Positions 11,790-22,900 of a stretch of DNA of 64,000 nt are shown one piece after another. Origin of the DNA: Acidobacteriota bacterium (GTDB lineage: Bacteria > Acidobacteriota > UBA890 > WLXD01); assembly GCA_965205505.1 (NCBI GenBank), contig CBDBHB010000007.1, positions 608,001 through 672,000 on the forward strand, given 5' to 3'. The notes below the pieces were generated by a model that ran no database searches, was not told the origin of the DNA, and saw only the letters and a program-made list of their open reading frames with translations. Made by a program: the position numbers and the translations under genes. Positions within the stretch are counted from its first letter, which is position 1. Each line of letters opens with the position of its first letter.

Positions 11790-12194
11790 TTACTCTGATG
11801 GGGGATACAGGTTGTAAATGAAAAAAGCAGCCTCGTCTCCTGTGTTCTTGAGCTTGTAGTGCCCACCGGGGGCAAGGTAGACGGCGTCGTCGGGGCCAAA
11901 CTCGATCTCGCCCTCATCGCAGAAAAGCGTCAGCTGGCCACGAGTGCAATAGTAGGTTTCCTCGACGGGTCCCATCCAGTATTCGCCCGGCCGCGCCTCG
12001 TCTTCCGGCATGGAGGACCACCAGCCGGTTTCTACGCCGGGGTCCAGGCTGGCCACTCCGAGCATGAGTTCCGATCCCTGGCGCCCGCGCGTGATCAGCC
12101 GCCGAATGCGCAAGTTCTCAGACGAACCCTCTACGACCCCCCACGGAACTGCGTCGTAGTGGATCTTGGCGGGCTTCGCTTTCGGTTTGGACAT
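11790..12194 (-). CDS. Cupin-domain protein (EutQ/DUF861-like)
   Basis: ATG at 12194 after AGGAGG; EETYYCTRGQLTL...FGPDDAVYLAPG cupin motifs without His ligands. Confidence 0.75.
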   Translation of the reverse strand: MSKPKAKPAKIHYDAVPWGVVEGSSENLRIRRLITRGRQGSELMLGVASLDPGVETGWWSSMPEDEARPGEYWMGPVEETYYCTRGQLTLFCDEGEIEFGPDDAVYLAPGGHYKLKNTGDEAAFFIYNLYPPSE

Positions 12195-12311
12195 GATTTC
12201 AACCTCCTGTTCCAAGTTGTTGGGTACTTGAAACGGCGCAAGCAGACGCCGTCATCAAAGTTCGTTCGCTCGTCGGACTCTCAGGGGGCGACATCTCAAG
12301 CCTCCTCCGCG

Positions 12312-13790
12312 TCAAGAGCGAGCGGCACGGGCAAACGGGTTGAGAATCCCGAGCCGATCACGCAGCGGCACGACGTTACCCTCTGCATCGCGTAGCGGCC
12401 ATGGCGGATCGACACCCTGGGTGAGCGGGGTTGCTATCAGCAAACCCAGGGCACTTGCCAACAAACCGAAGAGATCCGCCGGCAGGGTTGGGAACAGCCT
12501 GCCGCTAACGAGCCAGGTCATGACTCCGGCGATCATGCCGGTAAGGGTGCCGCAACGATTTGCCTTCGACCACCAGATCCCAGCGATCAACGGCGCCGCC
12601 ATACACACCAGGGTGATCGAGACAGCATCGAGCATCAGCGAGTAGATCGTCCGCACATAGAGCGCAATCGCGAGCGCCGTGAAACCGAATACAGGAACCG
12701 CAAGACGTGCCGTCATCAAACGTGTCCGATCGCTGACCCCGGGAAAGAAGAAGGGCACGACGTCCGAAGCGACGATGCTCGCCGGTGACAGCAACGCGCT
12801 GTCGGCGCTGCTCATGATCGCGGCCAGCAGCGCCCCGACAAAAATCGCCATCGCGACCGGATGTAGGTAACGCATCGCCAACTCGGGGACGACGAGCTCC
12901 GGGTCGAGCAACCCCGGCAACGCGATCGCGCCGGCCATGCCCAAAAAGACAGGGATCATGCCGATGGTCAGATAGCCGATCGCAGCCAGATAGGCAGCGT
13001 TCTGGGCAACAGACTCATCACGACTCGACAATGTTCGTTGCAGAATGTTCTGACTCGGCAAGCTCCCAAGACCGACGATCGCCCAAGCTCGCACATAATG
13101 AAGCCAAGAACCGAGGTCGTGCTGTCGCGGAATCAAACGGAAGCTGCCCTCGGGCAACGCTGCCATCACGACACCAACGCCGCCGAGATCGCTGATGACG
13201 ATTGGCAGCAGCAGCACCAAACCTGCTGTCAAGATCAGGACCTGAGCGAAATCGGTCAGCGCCACCGCCCACATCCCGCCCGCCGCCGTATAAATCAGGA
13301 CGATCACGGTCGCGATCAGAACTCCCATAGTGGTCGAGATCCCTACAAGCGCATGTAGGATGTAGCCGAAGGCAAGCAGTTGCGCTCCGGCCCAGCCAAC
13401 GTTGGTGGTACAAATCGCCACCGCCGCCAGCATGCCTGCGGTATCACCGTATCGGCTCTTGAAGAAGCCTACGACCGTCAACAACCGCAGCCGGCGCAGC
13501 ATACGAGCAAAGAACAGACCGACCAGAACGAGCACCAGCGCAGCAGCAAAAGGAACTGCGATGACGCCCAGAAAGCCGTCTTCATACGCGGCGCCGGCGG
13601 CGCCCATCACGGTGCCAGCCGACATCCAGGTCGCCACCAGCGTCGACGTACAGAGCCACAGGGGAAGACGGCGTCCGGCGACGACGAACTCGTCGGCGCT
13701 CCTGACACGGCGCGCAGCGACAACGCCGATCACCAGCATGCCAAGAAGATAGAGGCCAACCCCGGTGAGAAGGATCTGTTGATCGCTCAA
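12312..13790 (-). CDS. Sodium:solute symporter family protein
   Basis: About 13 TM helices; FVVAGRRLP, YTAAGGMWAVALTDFAQ, AAIMSSADS motifs. Confidence 0.92.
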   Translation of the reverse strand: MSDQQILLTGVGLYLLGMLVIGVVAARRVRSADEFVVAGRRLPLWLCTSTLVATWMSAGTVMGAAGAAYEDGFLGVIAVPFAAALVLVLVGLFFARMLRRLRLLTVVGFFKSRYGDTAGMLAAVAICTTNVGWAGAQLLAFGYILHALVGISTTMGVLIATVIVLIYTAAGGMWAVALTDFAQVLILTAGLVLLLPIVISDLGGVGVVMAALPEGSFRLIPRQHDLGSWLHYVRAWAIVGLGSLPSQNILQRTLSSRDESVAQNAAYLAAIGYLTIGMIPVFLGMAGAIALPGLLDPELVVPELAMRYLHPVAMAIFVGALLAAIMSSADSALLSPASIVASDVVPFFFPGVSDRTRLMTARLAVPVFGFTALAIALYVRTIYSLMLDAVSITLVCMAAPLIAGIWWSKANRCGTLTGMIAGVMTWLVSGRLFPTLPADLFGLLASALGLLIATPLTQGVDPPWPLRDAEGNVVPLRDRLGILNPFARAARS

Positions 13791-13858
13791 GGTTCCGGGT
13801 CCACCTCACCCATGCCCCCCGCGCCGAGCGCGGACAGGATCTCGTAATGGCCGTCCAT
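13787..13858 (-). pseudogene. Ser/Thr protein kinase N-terminal stub
   Basis: Manual translation MDGHYEILSALGAGGMGEVDPEP* contains the Hanks-kinase glycine loop YEI...LGAGGMGEV. Confidence 0.7.
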
Positions 13859-14180
13859 GACGCTCCCGAGGCAAGGTGGATGAGCGCCTGAAGCGTATCG
13901 CTGGGGCAGGCGAGGGTCCACGGGAGAGCGCGACGCGATGTCGGGGAGGGGGCTTCACGATACCGTGTCGTTGCACTCGTCCAGACCGAGAACACGCTCC
14001 CGCGTGAGGCGGCCGAGGTTCCCGACCGCATCCAGCACGTCGAGCACCGCGATCTCGCCAGCTTTACCCTGGCCGATCAAGGTCGAGCCGCTCCCTTGAC
14101 GATCGCGGTGATCGACATCTAGCCTGACTCGCGTGGGCAGCAAAGTACGACGCCAGTCTCTTCTGTCAGGAGGGCGCACC

Positions 14181-15536
14181 ATGGGCAACGAATCGGCACG
14201 CACAAGGCATTCAGGGCTGTTGGGAACCTCTCTGTTAGCGCTCCTCGCCCTGCTGACTTTCCACGGCGGCGCCTTCGCGATGCAGCAGTCCGATGAGCCA
14301 GCGTCGGGTCAGGGAACCGCTGTCTCGTTCACTCGAGACGTCGCGCCGATCTTGCAGCAGAACTGTCAGATCTGCCATCGGCCGGGCTCGGTCGGGCCGA
14401 TGTCTCTTCTTACCTACGATCAGGCCAAGAGCTACGCGCCACTGATCAAGTATCAGGTGGTCGCAAGGGAAATGCCTCCGTATCACCTCGATACACGTGT
14501 CGGGATCCAGGCGATCAAGAACGACTGGAGGCTGAGCGAGCACGAGATCCACACCATCGCAGCATGGGTGGATGACGGCGCGCCGATGGGAGACGTGGCG
14601 GACATGCCGCCCCCGGTGGAATGGCCGGAGGGCAACAAGTGGCAGCTCGAAGACCAGCTGGGCGAGCCGGATCACGTGATCGAGTCGAGACCCTATACGG
14701 TGCCGGCCGCGGGGGGCGACATCTGGTGGCGTCCGAGAGTGGAGACGGGGCTCAATGCGGACCGGCTGATTCGGGCCTTCGAGATTCGGCCTTCCTTCCC
14801 CGCCGGCCGACAAGTCGTGCACCACGCCATCCCTAGATTGATGACCCAGGACGAGAATGGTGAATGGGTGCGGACGGCGATGCTCTCGGAATACGCCATG
14901 GGCAAGATCGGGGAGATCATCCCGTCAGACGCAGCCCGCTTGCTGCCGGTGAACGCGCTGATCGAATGGGACGTGCATTACTACCCGATGGGCTATGTCG
15001 TCGAGGACGATCAGATCGAGCTTGGCCTCTGGCTATATCCCCAGGACTACGAGCCGGAGTTCACACAAGACCTGGCGATGTACCGCCTGGACGGTGATAT
15101 TGCCCTAGCACCCGGTGGAACCGCGATGACCCAGGGCTTCCACCGCTGGGATCATCCGGTCCGTATCGATAGCTTCCAGCCCCACGGGCATGTGCATCTT
15201 CATGCCAAATCCATGCGGGCGATCTATCCGGATGGCACCCAGGAGCTCTTGAGCATGGTGACCAACTTCAACGCCAGATGGCACCACAGTTATATCTACG
15301 AGGACGACGCGGCTCCGCTGTTGCCCACGGGCACCGTCTTGGTTATCACCGCGTGGTACGACAACACGGAGAACAACCTGCTGAATCCCGATCCGGAAAT
15401 CTGGTATGCGCGCGGCGCCCGTACGATGGACGAGATGTCGCACGCCTGGCTTGCGGTAACTCACCTGGATGAAGAGGGCTACGAGCAACTGGTTGCCAAC
15501 AGGAGAACGAACGCAGAGGTGGCAGCTCAGAGATGA
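14181..15536 (+). CDS. Secreted cytochrome c / copper type II (PHM/DBH-like) monooxygenase-domain protein
   Basis: Signal peptide; CQICH heme motif with distal MPP; VVHH, DVHY, PHGH and DEM copper-ligand motifs. Confidence 0.8.
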   Translation: MGNESARTRHSGLLGTSLLALLALLTFHGGAFAMQQSDEPASGQGTAVSFTRDVAPILQQNCQICHRPGSVGPMSLLTYDQAKSYAPLIKYQVVAREMPPYHLDTRVGIQAIKNDWRLSEHEIHTIAAWVDDGAPMGDVADMPPPVEWPEGNKWQLEDQLGEPDHVIESRPYTVPAAGGDIWWRPRVETGLNADRLIRAFEIRPSFPAGRQVVHHAIPRLMTQDENGEWVRTAMLSEYAMGKIGEIIPSDAARLLPVNALIEWDVHYYPMGYVVEDDQIELGLWLYPQDYEPEFTQDLAMYRLDGDIALAPGGTAMTQGFHRWDHPVRIDSFQPHGHVHLHAKSMRAIYPDGTQELLSMVTNFNARWHHSYIYEDDAAPLLPTGTVLVITAWYDNTENNLLNPDPEIWYARGARTMDEMSHAWLAVTHLDEEGYEQLVANRRTNAEVAAQR

Positions 15537-16417
15537 ATGGCCGCCTGCTCCGGGTCAGTCTTTGCTTGGCGCTGATCGCCGCCATCACGAGCTCGGCACC
15601 CGTCGGTGCACAGCAGGTGCAACGGCTTCCCCTGGCGCCACGACCACCGACAGGCGAACCGGTAGCTCCGTTTTTTGAAGGCTGGTACGGGAACGCAGAC
15701 GGCACATACACCTTCTCGTTCGGATACTTCAATTTGAACATGGAGGAGATCCTCGAGATTCCCATCGGGCCAGACAACTTTGTCGAACCAGCCGCGTTCA
15801 ATGGTGGACAGCCAACTCACTTCCCGGTCGATCCACGTCGGGACAGGGGTGTTTTCACGGTCACCGTGCCAGCATCGTATGGAGATGGACAGGGGCGAGT
15901 CGTGTGGACCATCCGTGCCAACGGCGTGACCTATTCGGTGCCGGCAAGGGCGGGAATCGAGGCCCTTCAGCTCGACTACGGACCGCGAGGTATGGGATCG
16001 GTACCACCTCTATTGAGGCTTGAACCTAATGGGATGGAAGGTCAGCACCCCACGGGCGTCAGACTGAGCCAGCCACGGGTCGCGACGGTGGGGAACCCAC
16101 TGGCGCTGACCGTATGGGCTAGCGAGGTCTCCGAACGGTTCGACCACGACCTCGCGAACAGGGATGGCGTTGCGGTGAAGCTGACATGGTTCAAACATCA
16201 AGGGCCTCCCGGCGCGGTCGTGTTCGAGGATCGGGAGATCGTTTTGGAGGAGGGCATGGGCGAAGCGACTACAACGGCAACGTTCAGCGAAGCCGGCGAC
16301 TACGTGCTTCGCGTCCGGGTGGACAACTGGGATGCCAACGACAGCAGTTCAGGTGATCAATGTTGCTGGACGAATGGGTACGTGCCGGTGTCCGTTTCAG
16401 GAGGCGGAATGCGATGA
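15533..16417 (+). CDS. Secreted hypothetical protein with C-terminal Ig/PKD-like domain
   Basis: Signal peptide; PFFEGWY.N.DG...FGYFN; ATFSEAGDYVLRV; QCCWTN; ATGA overlaps with both neighbours. Confidence 0.75.
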   Translation: MNGRLLRVSLCLALIAAITSSAPVGAQQVQRLPLAPRPPTGEPVAPFFEGWYGNADGTYTFSFGYFNLNMEEILEIPIGPDNFVEPAAFNGGQPTHFPVDPRRDRGVFTVTVPASYGDGQGRVVWTIRANGVTYSVPARAGIEALQLDYGPRGMGSVPPLLRLEPNGMEGQHPTGVRLSQPRVATVGNPLALTVWASEVSERFDHDLANRDGVAVKLTWFKHQGPPGAVVFEDREIVLEEGMGEATTTATFSEAGDYVLRVRVDNWDANDSSSGDQCCWTNGYVPVSVSGGGMR

Positions 16418-18423
16418 CGAAACCTGCGATGTGCGCCGCGATCGCGGTCACCCTGTGCTTGATGTCGATGCCTGCGGTCGGTCAGAACGGCGGATCGAGC
16501 ACCGGTACCGAGAACGGCGAATGGCGCCACTGGGGCGGCGATACCTTCAGCACACGCTACTCGCCGCTGGACCAGATCAACGCCGACAACTTCGAGGATC
16601 TCGAGGTCGCCTGGGTGTGGAGGGGCGACAATTACGGCCCTTCGGTAGACAACATCATGCGCTCCACACCGACTTATGTGAACGGAGTGCTCTACACGGT
16701 CGCCGGTCAGCGGCGCACGGTCGTCGCTATCGACCCGGCCACCGGCGAGACGCTGTGGACCTACCGTGAGCCGTACACGCCGCGCTGGGAAGATTCGATG
16801 CGGAAGAACTACGGCAAGGGGGTCGGGTATGCCAACCTCGATCGCCGCGGTGTGATCTACATGATCTCGCCCGGGTTCTTCCTGCACGCGCTCGACGCCG
16901 TCACCGGAAAGCCGATCGAGCAGTTCGGCAACGAGGGCACGGTCGACCTGCTGGCCGACCTCGGCTACGAGTACGACGCCTACGAGGGGCTTCCCAACGA
17001 AGTCGGCTATATCACCAACTCGTCGCCGCCGATGGTGGTCAACGACGTGGTGGTGGTGGGCAACTCCCACGAGCAGGGGTACCGACAGACGCGCCGCGAG
17101 AACGTGCCTGGGCATGTGTTGGCCTACGACGCGCGTTCCGGCGAGCACCTGTGGAAGTTCAACGTTATTCCGCAGCCGGGCGAGTTCGGCCACGACACCT
17201 GGGACAACGACGCGTGGTCGTACACCGGCAACGTATCAGCATGGGCACCGATGGCCGCCGACCCGGAGCTCGGGCTGGTCTACTTCGCCACCGACCCACC
17301 GACCAACGATTACTGGGGAGGCCACCATCCCGGCGACAACCTCTTCGCCACCACGATAATTGCCGTCGATATCAAGACAGGTAAGCGCCGCTGGCACTTC
17401 CAAACGGTGCACCACGACATCTGGAATTACGACAACCCCACCGCCCCAAACCTCGTCGACATCACCGTCGACGGCAAGAAGATCCCGGCGCTGGTGCAAA
17501 CGACCAAGCAGAGCTTCGCCTACGTGCTCAACCGTGAGACAGGGGAGCCAGTCTGGCCGATCGAGGAGCGCCCGGTTCCAAAATCGAAGATCCCCGGGGA
17601 GCAAACATCGCCCACGCAACCGTTCCCGACGAGGCCAGCAGCGTACGAGATGCAGGGCGTCACCGAGGACGATCTGATCGACTTCACGCCAGAGCTCCGC
17701 CAGGCGGCGGTAGAGATGCTCAGCGAATTCGAGCTCGGCCCGCTCTTCAACCCACCGCTGCACCGCGACAACAACCTGGGCTTCAAGACCTCATTGATCT
17801 GCCCCGGTGGGGGCGGCGGCACCAACATCCCCGGAGGTGCGGCAGTCGACCCGGAAACCCAGATCCTCTACGTCGCGTCGACCAAGACCTGCTCCGGGCA
17901 ATCGCTGATCCCCGGCATCGAGGCAGATGCCAACGACCCCAACCCGATCGGCAAGACAGTCATGGCGTGGGCCAGCGGACCGAGCGTCGGGCCTGGCCGG
18001 GTCCAGGGACTGTCCTACCTCAAGCCGCCCTACGGTCGTATCACGGCGATCGATCTGAACACCGGCGAGCACCTGTGGTGGATCCCCAACGGCGACACTC
18101 CCGACTCCGTCACGCATCACCCGGCCCTGCAGGGCCTCGACATCCCCAACACCGGCAAGCCATCGCACGCCACCAAGGTGGTCACCAAGACGTTGCTCAT
18201 CTACGCCGAGGGCCGCCGCGGCGCTCCACTGTTGCACGCGGTCGACAAGCTCACCGGCGAGCGGCTCGGCACGGTTGATATCCCGGCGCAGAGCAACAGC
18301 GCGCCGATGACCTACATGCACGAGGGCAGGCAGTACATCGTGCTACCCATAGGCGGGCCGGCCCACTCCGGTTCGCTCGCCGCCGTGGCGCTACCTACCG
18401 GACTAGCCCAACCGGATCACTAG
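16414..18423 (+). CDS. PQQ-dependent dehydrogenase (glucose/quinate family, soluble periplasmic)
   Basis: TRYSPLDQIN..N...L.VAW, WHFQTVHHDIWNYD, KPPYGRITAIDLNTGEHLW, PMTYMHEGRQYIV. Confidence 0.92.
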   Translation: MTKPAMCAAIAVTLCLMSMPAVGQNGGSSTGTENGEWRHWGGDTFSTRYSPLDQINADNFEDLEVAWVWRGDNYGPSVDNIMRSTPTYVNGVLYTVAGQRRTVVAIDPATGETLWTYREPYTPRWEDSMRKNYGKGVGYANLDRRGVIYMISPGFFLHALDAVTGKPIEQFGNEGTVDLLADLGYEYDAYEGLPNEVGYITNSSPPMVVNDVVVVGNSHEQGYRQTRRENVPGHVLAYDARSGEHLWKFNVIPQPGEFGHDTWDNDAWSYTGNVSAWAPMAADPELGLVYFATDPPTNDYWGGHHPGDNLFATTIIAVDIKTGKRRWHFQTVHHDIWNYDNPTAPNLVDITVDGKKIPALVQTTKQSFAYVLNRETGEPVWPIEERPVPKSKIPGEQTSPTQPFPTRPAAYEMQGVTEDDLIDFTPELRQAAVEMLSEFELGPLFNPPLHRDNNLGFKTSLICPGGGGGTNIPGGAAVDPETQILYVASTKTCSGQSLIPGIEADANDPNPIGKTVMAWASGPSVGPGRVQGLSYLKPPYGRITAIDLNTGEHLWWIPNGDTPDSVTHHPALQGLDIPNTGKPSHATKVVTKTLLIYAEGRRGAPLLHAVDKLTGERLGTVDIPAQSNSAPMTYMHEGRQYIVLPIGGPAHSGSLAAVALPTGLAQPDH

Positions 18424-18513
18424 CAGGCCGTGGCACAACGATACGCTCGTAAGGAACTGTATGGATCTGTAAATGCCACTGTGCGGCCACCGATGTGTTC
18501 CCGGAGCCTGCTA
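18420..18513. repeat. MITE-like spacer bounded by TAGCAGGC / GCCTGCTA
   Basis: An 8-bp inverted repeat includes the stop codons of both convergent genes. The left end CTAGCAGGCCGTGG matches the dispersed motif. Confidence 0.5.
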
Positions 18514-19749
18514 CCGCCGGCCGTCGGTCGCCGTCAGCGGGCTCAGGTAGTCTCTGCCGCTCAGCCCTAGCTTCTTCATCGCAATCCCCGTCAGGCACTC
18601 GTCGACAACTTGTTTGGAGTTGAGCACGGTTGTGTAGCCGGGGTCGAGGAGAGGGTTCAGCTCGACTAGGTCGAATCCGACGACGTTGTTCTCGGCGCAG
18701 AGGCCGCGGATGAGGGGGAACACCTCTCGGGGCATCAGTCCCCCCGGCACCGGCGTACCTGTTCCCTCGGTGTATGCCGGGTCCATGACGTCGATGTCGA
18801 AGGAGATGTGGAGGTACTCCGGTCCGTCGTTCGCCTCCTCGAGAACCAGCTCCATGACGGTCCCCCAACCGTCGCGATCGATCTCCGCCATCGTATGGTA
18901 GCGCAGGTTCGCCCGCATCCACTCGAACCCGGCCTCCCCTGGCCAGGCGCCACGAAGGCCCACCTGGATGAAGTTCTGGCCGAGGATGTGCCCGTCGTCG
19001 ACGAGCCGACGGACCGGCTGGGCATGGGAGATCAGGTGACCGCTGCGAGTGTCGCCGGCATCGTAGTGAGAATCGAAATGGATGACACCGACGTTTTCCT
19101 TGCCGTACACGTCGGCGAGCCCGGCGACGTTGGCGAACTCGATGGAGTGATCACCCCCGATGATGATGGGAATCGCTCCCGTCTGAGCGATCTCCCGAAC
19201 CATCCGCCTAATCGGCGGCATGCTGCGCTCCACGCTCAGGTTGTCGATGGGCGCGTTGCCGTAGTCCACGGCCTTCAGCTCCCTCTTCCAGCTCACCATC
19301 GTCTCCATGCTGCCGCCGCCACGCCGGAACGCGCGCATCGCGGTGGGACCCTCGCCAGCGCCTCGAAAGCCGACCCCCATGTCGACCGGTGCTCCGATGA
19401 ACGCCACCTCCACTTCGCCAGCGATCAGGTCCTCGACCGTCACCGCGATGGGCAGCCGGAAGAAGCTCAGGGCCGCCCCGATTCCGACGGGTCCGGGCTC
19501 TCGAGGTGGATCGTCCGAGATGTCCCGATCTCTCCACACCTCGAGGTTCTCGTCGTTCGGGTCCAGGCGAATGATCGCCAGCTCAGGATCCACTTCCTGC
19601 TCGCCCTGCTGCTCGCCTTCCGCTGGCTCGGCTTGGTCGGAGCCCGGCTCCGCAGTGGCCTCGGCGGGCTCGGAGGCCGGCTGTGGTGTACAGCCAACCG
19701 AGAACACCAGCACCAGCAGAATCGCGATCGCCCGCCTGATTAGCCTCAC
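18511..19749 (-). CDS. Agmatinase/ureohydrolase family lipoprotein
   Basis: GTG at 19749 after GGAGGAG; lipobox FSVGC; GGDHS, DSHYD and SFDIDVMDP metal motifs. Confidence 0.88.
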   Translation of the reverse strand: MRLIRRAIAILLVLVFSVGCTPQPASEPAEATAEPGSDQAEPAEGEQQGEQEVDPELAIIRLDPNDENLEVWRDRDISDDPPREPGPVGIGAALSFFRLPIAVTVEDLIAGEVEVAFIGAPVDMGVGFRGAGEGPTAMRAFRRGGGSMETMVSWKRELKAVDYGNAPIDNLSVERSMPPIRRMVREIAQTGAIPIIIGGDHSIEFANVAGLADVYGKENVGVIHFDSHYDAGDTRSGHLISHAQPVRRLVDDGHILGQNFIQVGLRGAWPGEAGFEWMRANLRYHTMAEIDRDGWGTVMELVLEEANDGPEYLHISFDIDVMDPAYTEGTGTPVPGGLMPREVFPLIRGLCAENNVVGFDLVELNPLLDPGYTTVLNSKQVVDECLTGIAMKKLGLSGRDYLSPLTATDGRR

Positions 19750-19917
19750 GATACTCCTCCGTCTCGAACTCCAAATCGTACCCAGCGGGGCCCGGTTCTT
19801 CAGGGTGCGGATAGCGTAGTCGATCGACTGACCGGCCGACACGCCGGCGACTTTGTTTACGTCGGTCGTCCATGCTCAGCGAGCATCGAGAGGCGTCGAG
19901 AACCTGACCGGGACATG

Positions 19918-22900
19918 CTAGAAAGCTGTCCCCGCGGGTATGAGGTCTTCGTTGAAGGCGAGCTCCAGGACCCAGTTGCGGACCGCCTCGGGAGTCACCA
20001 CATTGGGCACAGCGATGGCGATCTCGTCCCAGATGGTTGCAGTGTCCGGATCGATGGCCTGGAGCGCCGCGCCCATGGCGGGAAGTAGCAAGGGCGCTGC
20101 CAGAGCAGCGGGGTAGCCATTTTCTGCGAGGCCCCGCGCCAGCTCGACTCGAATCCCGAGCACCCGGGCGTATAGCAGACCATCCGTGACCGCATCAGCG
20201 GCTTCACCCTTCGGGACCAAGCTCGGGTGGGTGACACCGAGGGTTCCTTCACCGCGCCAGTAGGGCAGTCCCACGAGATTGTCCGCTTCCCAGCGCTGCG
20301 CGGGGTCGATCGCGTCGGCGAGATCTTCCGCCCCCCAGGCGAGCAGGTAGCGATCGCCGGGCGTCATCCCTTCCAAGGCAGACCGGGCATCACCCGCCGC
20401 GATGTCCTGGCGCAGCCGCCAAGCATCCGGCGGACGGTGCAGCAAGTTCAGCATCCCCTCCAGCGTGGGCACGTCATGCGCCGACTCGAGCCAGGGTGCA
20501 GGGAGCGCCGGATCGGAGACCGCCGCGGCGGCCTCCACCCATTCGGCGGCGCGCTCTAGCCGTGCCGTTAGTGCCTTCAGCGATGGAGCACTCAGCGCGG
20601 CGGGATGGACGGCGAACACCGCTTCACTCCATGACTCCGCCGCCGACCCCGCCGCGAAGCTGACTCCACCTTGCAGTGTCTGCACGCGCAGCGCCCAGCG
20701 GCCAAGGTGACCGGGTATGCCCAGCAAGCTGTTCTGCAGCCGCAGACCTGATGCTTGGTCGCGCACCTCCCGCGTGTGCAGCCACGGCCCGGTGCTTCTA
20801 GGCGACTCCTGGAGAGGACCGAGTCGATGCAGCCAGGCGGGCTGGCGATCGTCAAAGTAGAGCCCCCTCGGATCGTTGATATGAATCGCGTAGGCAACCG
20901 CCACCAGGGAGTCGGTGAACCAGCTCGTGAGGTGCTTGCGGACGTCCGCGAAGTACTCGGGACGGTTCTCGTTCCTGCCGGCATCGCGCAGTAGGCGCCC
21001 CACCTGGTCCGGGAGATCCTCGCGCTTGAGCGGCAGAGGGACCTCGTCATCGCCGTCGCCCTCATAGATCGCCGTTGCGACGGAATCCCGCAGCGCGTTC
21101 CAGACGGGACGTACCCGTGCCTCGATCTCGTTGCCCAGCTGCCCCAGCTCGGCGCTCGACTTGTCCCCGTATTCGGCGGCTATCGCATCGAGCTCGACAA
21201 CGTGGCCGAACGGTGCCAACCGCTGCATCTGGAGGCTGTCATGGATGCGTGGGACCCACATGTCGCTGGTGGAGAAGCGGAGTTGGATGCCGTCGACCGT
21301 CACTTCAGCTGCCGGTGCCCGGTCCGCCAGGGCTGTGACCAGACTCTGGCTGAGGCTCTCGGCGTCGGCGAAGTTGCCCTCGTGGCCGATGGCAGGGAGG
21401 AGTGTCTGCCGCCACCAGTCGGCGAGGCCGCGGCCGAATCCTCCCGCTTCTTGATCGAGCGGCAGATCGAAGAGCTGCCCGAGCACCTCGTGGCGTTGCT
21501 CCGCGGGCACCCGGCCGTTATCCAGGAGTCGTTTGAGGATGAGCAGGGTCGCCTGCGCCTGCCTCGCCGCGGCTTCGCGTTGCCTCCCGTCGGGCGCGCT
21601 TTCCGCACGCCCCAGAAAGTAGATCACGCGTTCGACGCTATCGGCCTGGATGGGAGTGGGGCCGACAAGAAACCCGTAGGCTTGCGCCAAGCGGTCGTAG
21701 TTTCGGTACAGCAGGGTGACCGTTCTGGGCGTGGCGGCCGCAGGCTGGTACCGAAAGGCCGCCTGAATGGCGACAAACCGCTCGATCGCATGGGTACCTT
21801 GCTGAAGCTCGGAGCCCTCGAATCCCTGTGCGAGTCGCCGCAGGATCTCGCCATCGACGGCCGGTCCGTAATCCGCCGCCTCTCGGACCCGTTCGTCGCG
21901 CAGCTCCTCGTCCAGGGCGGCGCTGTCACTCACCACGCGGTCGCTCCGGAGTGCCGCGATCCATGCCTTACCGCCGCCGCGCCAGCTGATGCCTTCGCCG
22001 TCGGGACGGAGGCGCAGCTGCAGGAACAGATCGGCCAGGTCGCCCCGCCAGCGCAGCGCCTGCTGGCGACCAGGGATACGGATGCTGCCGTAGAGATCGC
22101 TCGCCCACCGCTCGGTGCTCTCCCGGTCGGTGGCACCGAGGGTCAGCAGGAAGCGAGCCCGGCGTGGCGGCACCAGGGAAAGCGCCCGCCACAGGTGGAG
22201 TGCGCGTCCGTCGTCGCGATCCACGAGCCGTCGCACGAGATCCGAGGGCGAGTTCCAGGAGCCCAGTATCTTCGTCCAGGCGAGGCGCGATTCGCCCGGC
22301 AGCACGAGCGCACCGTCATGACTTCGGAGGTAGTGGGCCAGCTCGGCGAACACGCTGCTCAAGCGGCGGTCCCGATACGGCTCACGCAGCCCCATCGTTG
22401 CCCGGAAGAGGTCGCGCGTGTCGGGTTCGAGTCGTGCGTAGCCGAGCATCACCCAGCGCGCTTCGTTGTCGCGCAGGAACTCGCGGAACAATTCTGTCGG
22501 CGTGAGCTGCTTGTCGAAGACCTCCTGTTTCCAGGCGCCGCCACCGAACATTACGGTAGCCGTGTCTTCGGGCACCGGCATGTGGATGGGCTCACCGCTC
22601 GCCCAGAGCGGGATCAGCTCGGGGATGTCGTAGCCGAGGTGAGCAAATACCTCGCGCCTGAGCTTCTGTGAGTCGCCGCCACGCAGCTCCAGGTTCAGAG
22701 GGCCGTCACGTTCGACGGGCCGAACACCGAACCAACCAACCAGGTCGCGAGCCTTGGCGTAGGCAGAAGCATCCGGGTGCGCGAAGCTCGGCGGTTCCGA
22801 ACCGTGCTTGCGACGGAGCTGTTGCTGCAGCTTCTCGTAATCAAGGAGCTCGTCGATCGCCTTGTCCAGACGCAAGGCACGCGTGCGCATGCCGGGTTCC

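Noticed and set aside
13880-14130. Possible decayed CBS-domain fragment
   Set aside because: The similarity is too weak and frame-broken to support by eye.
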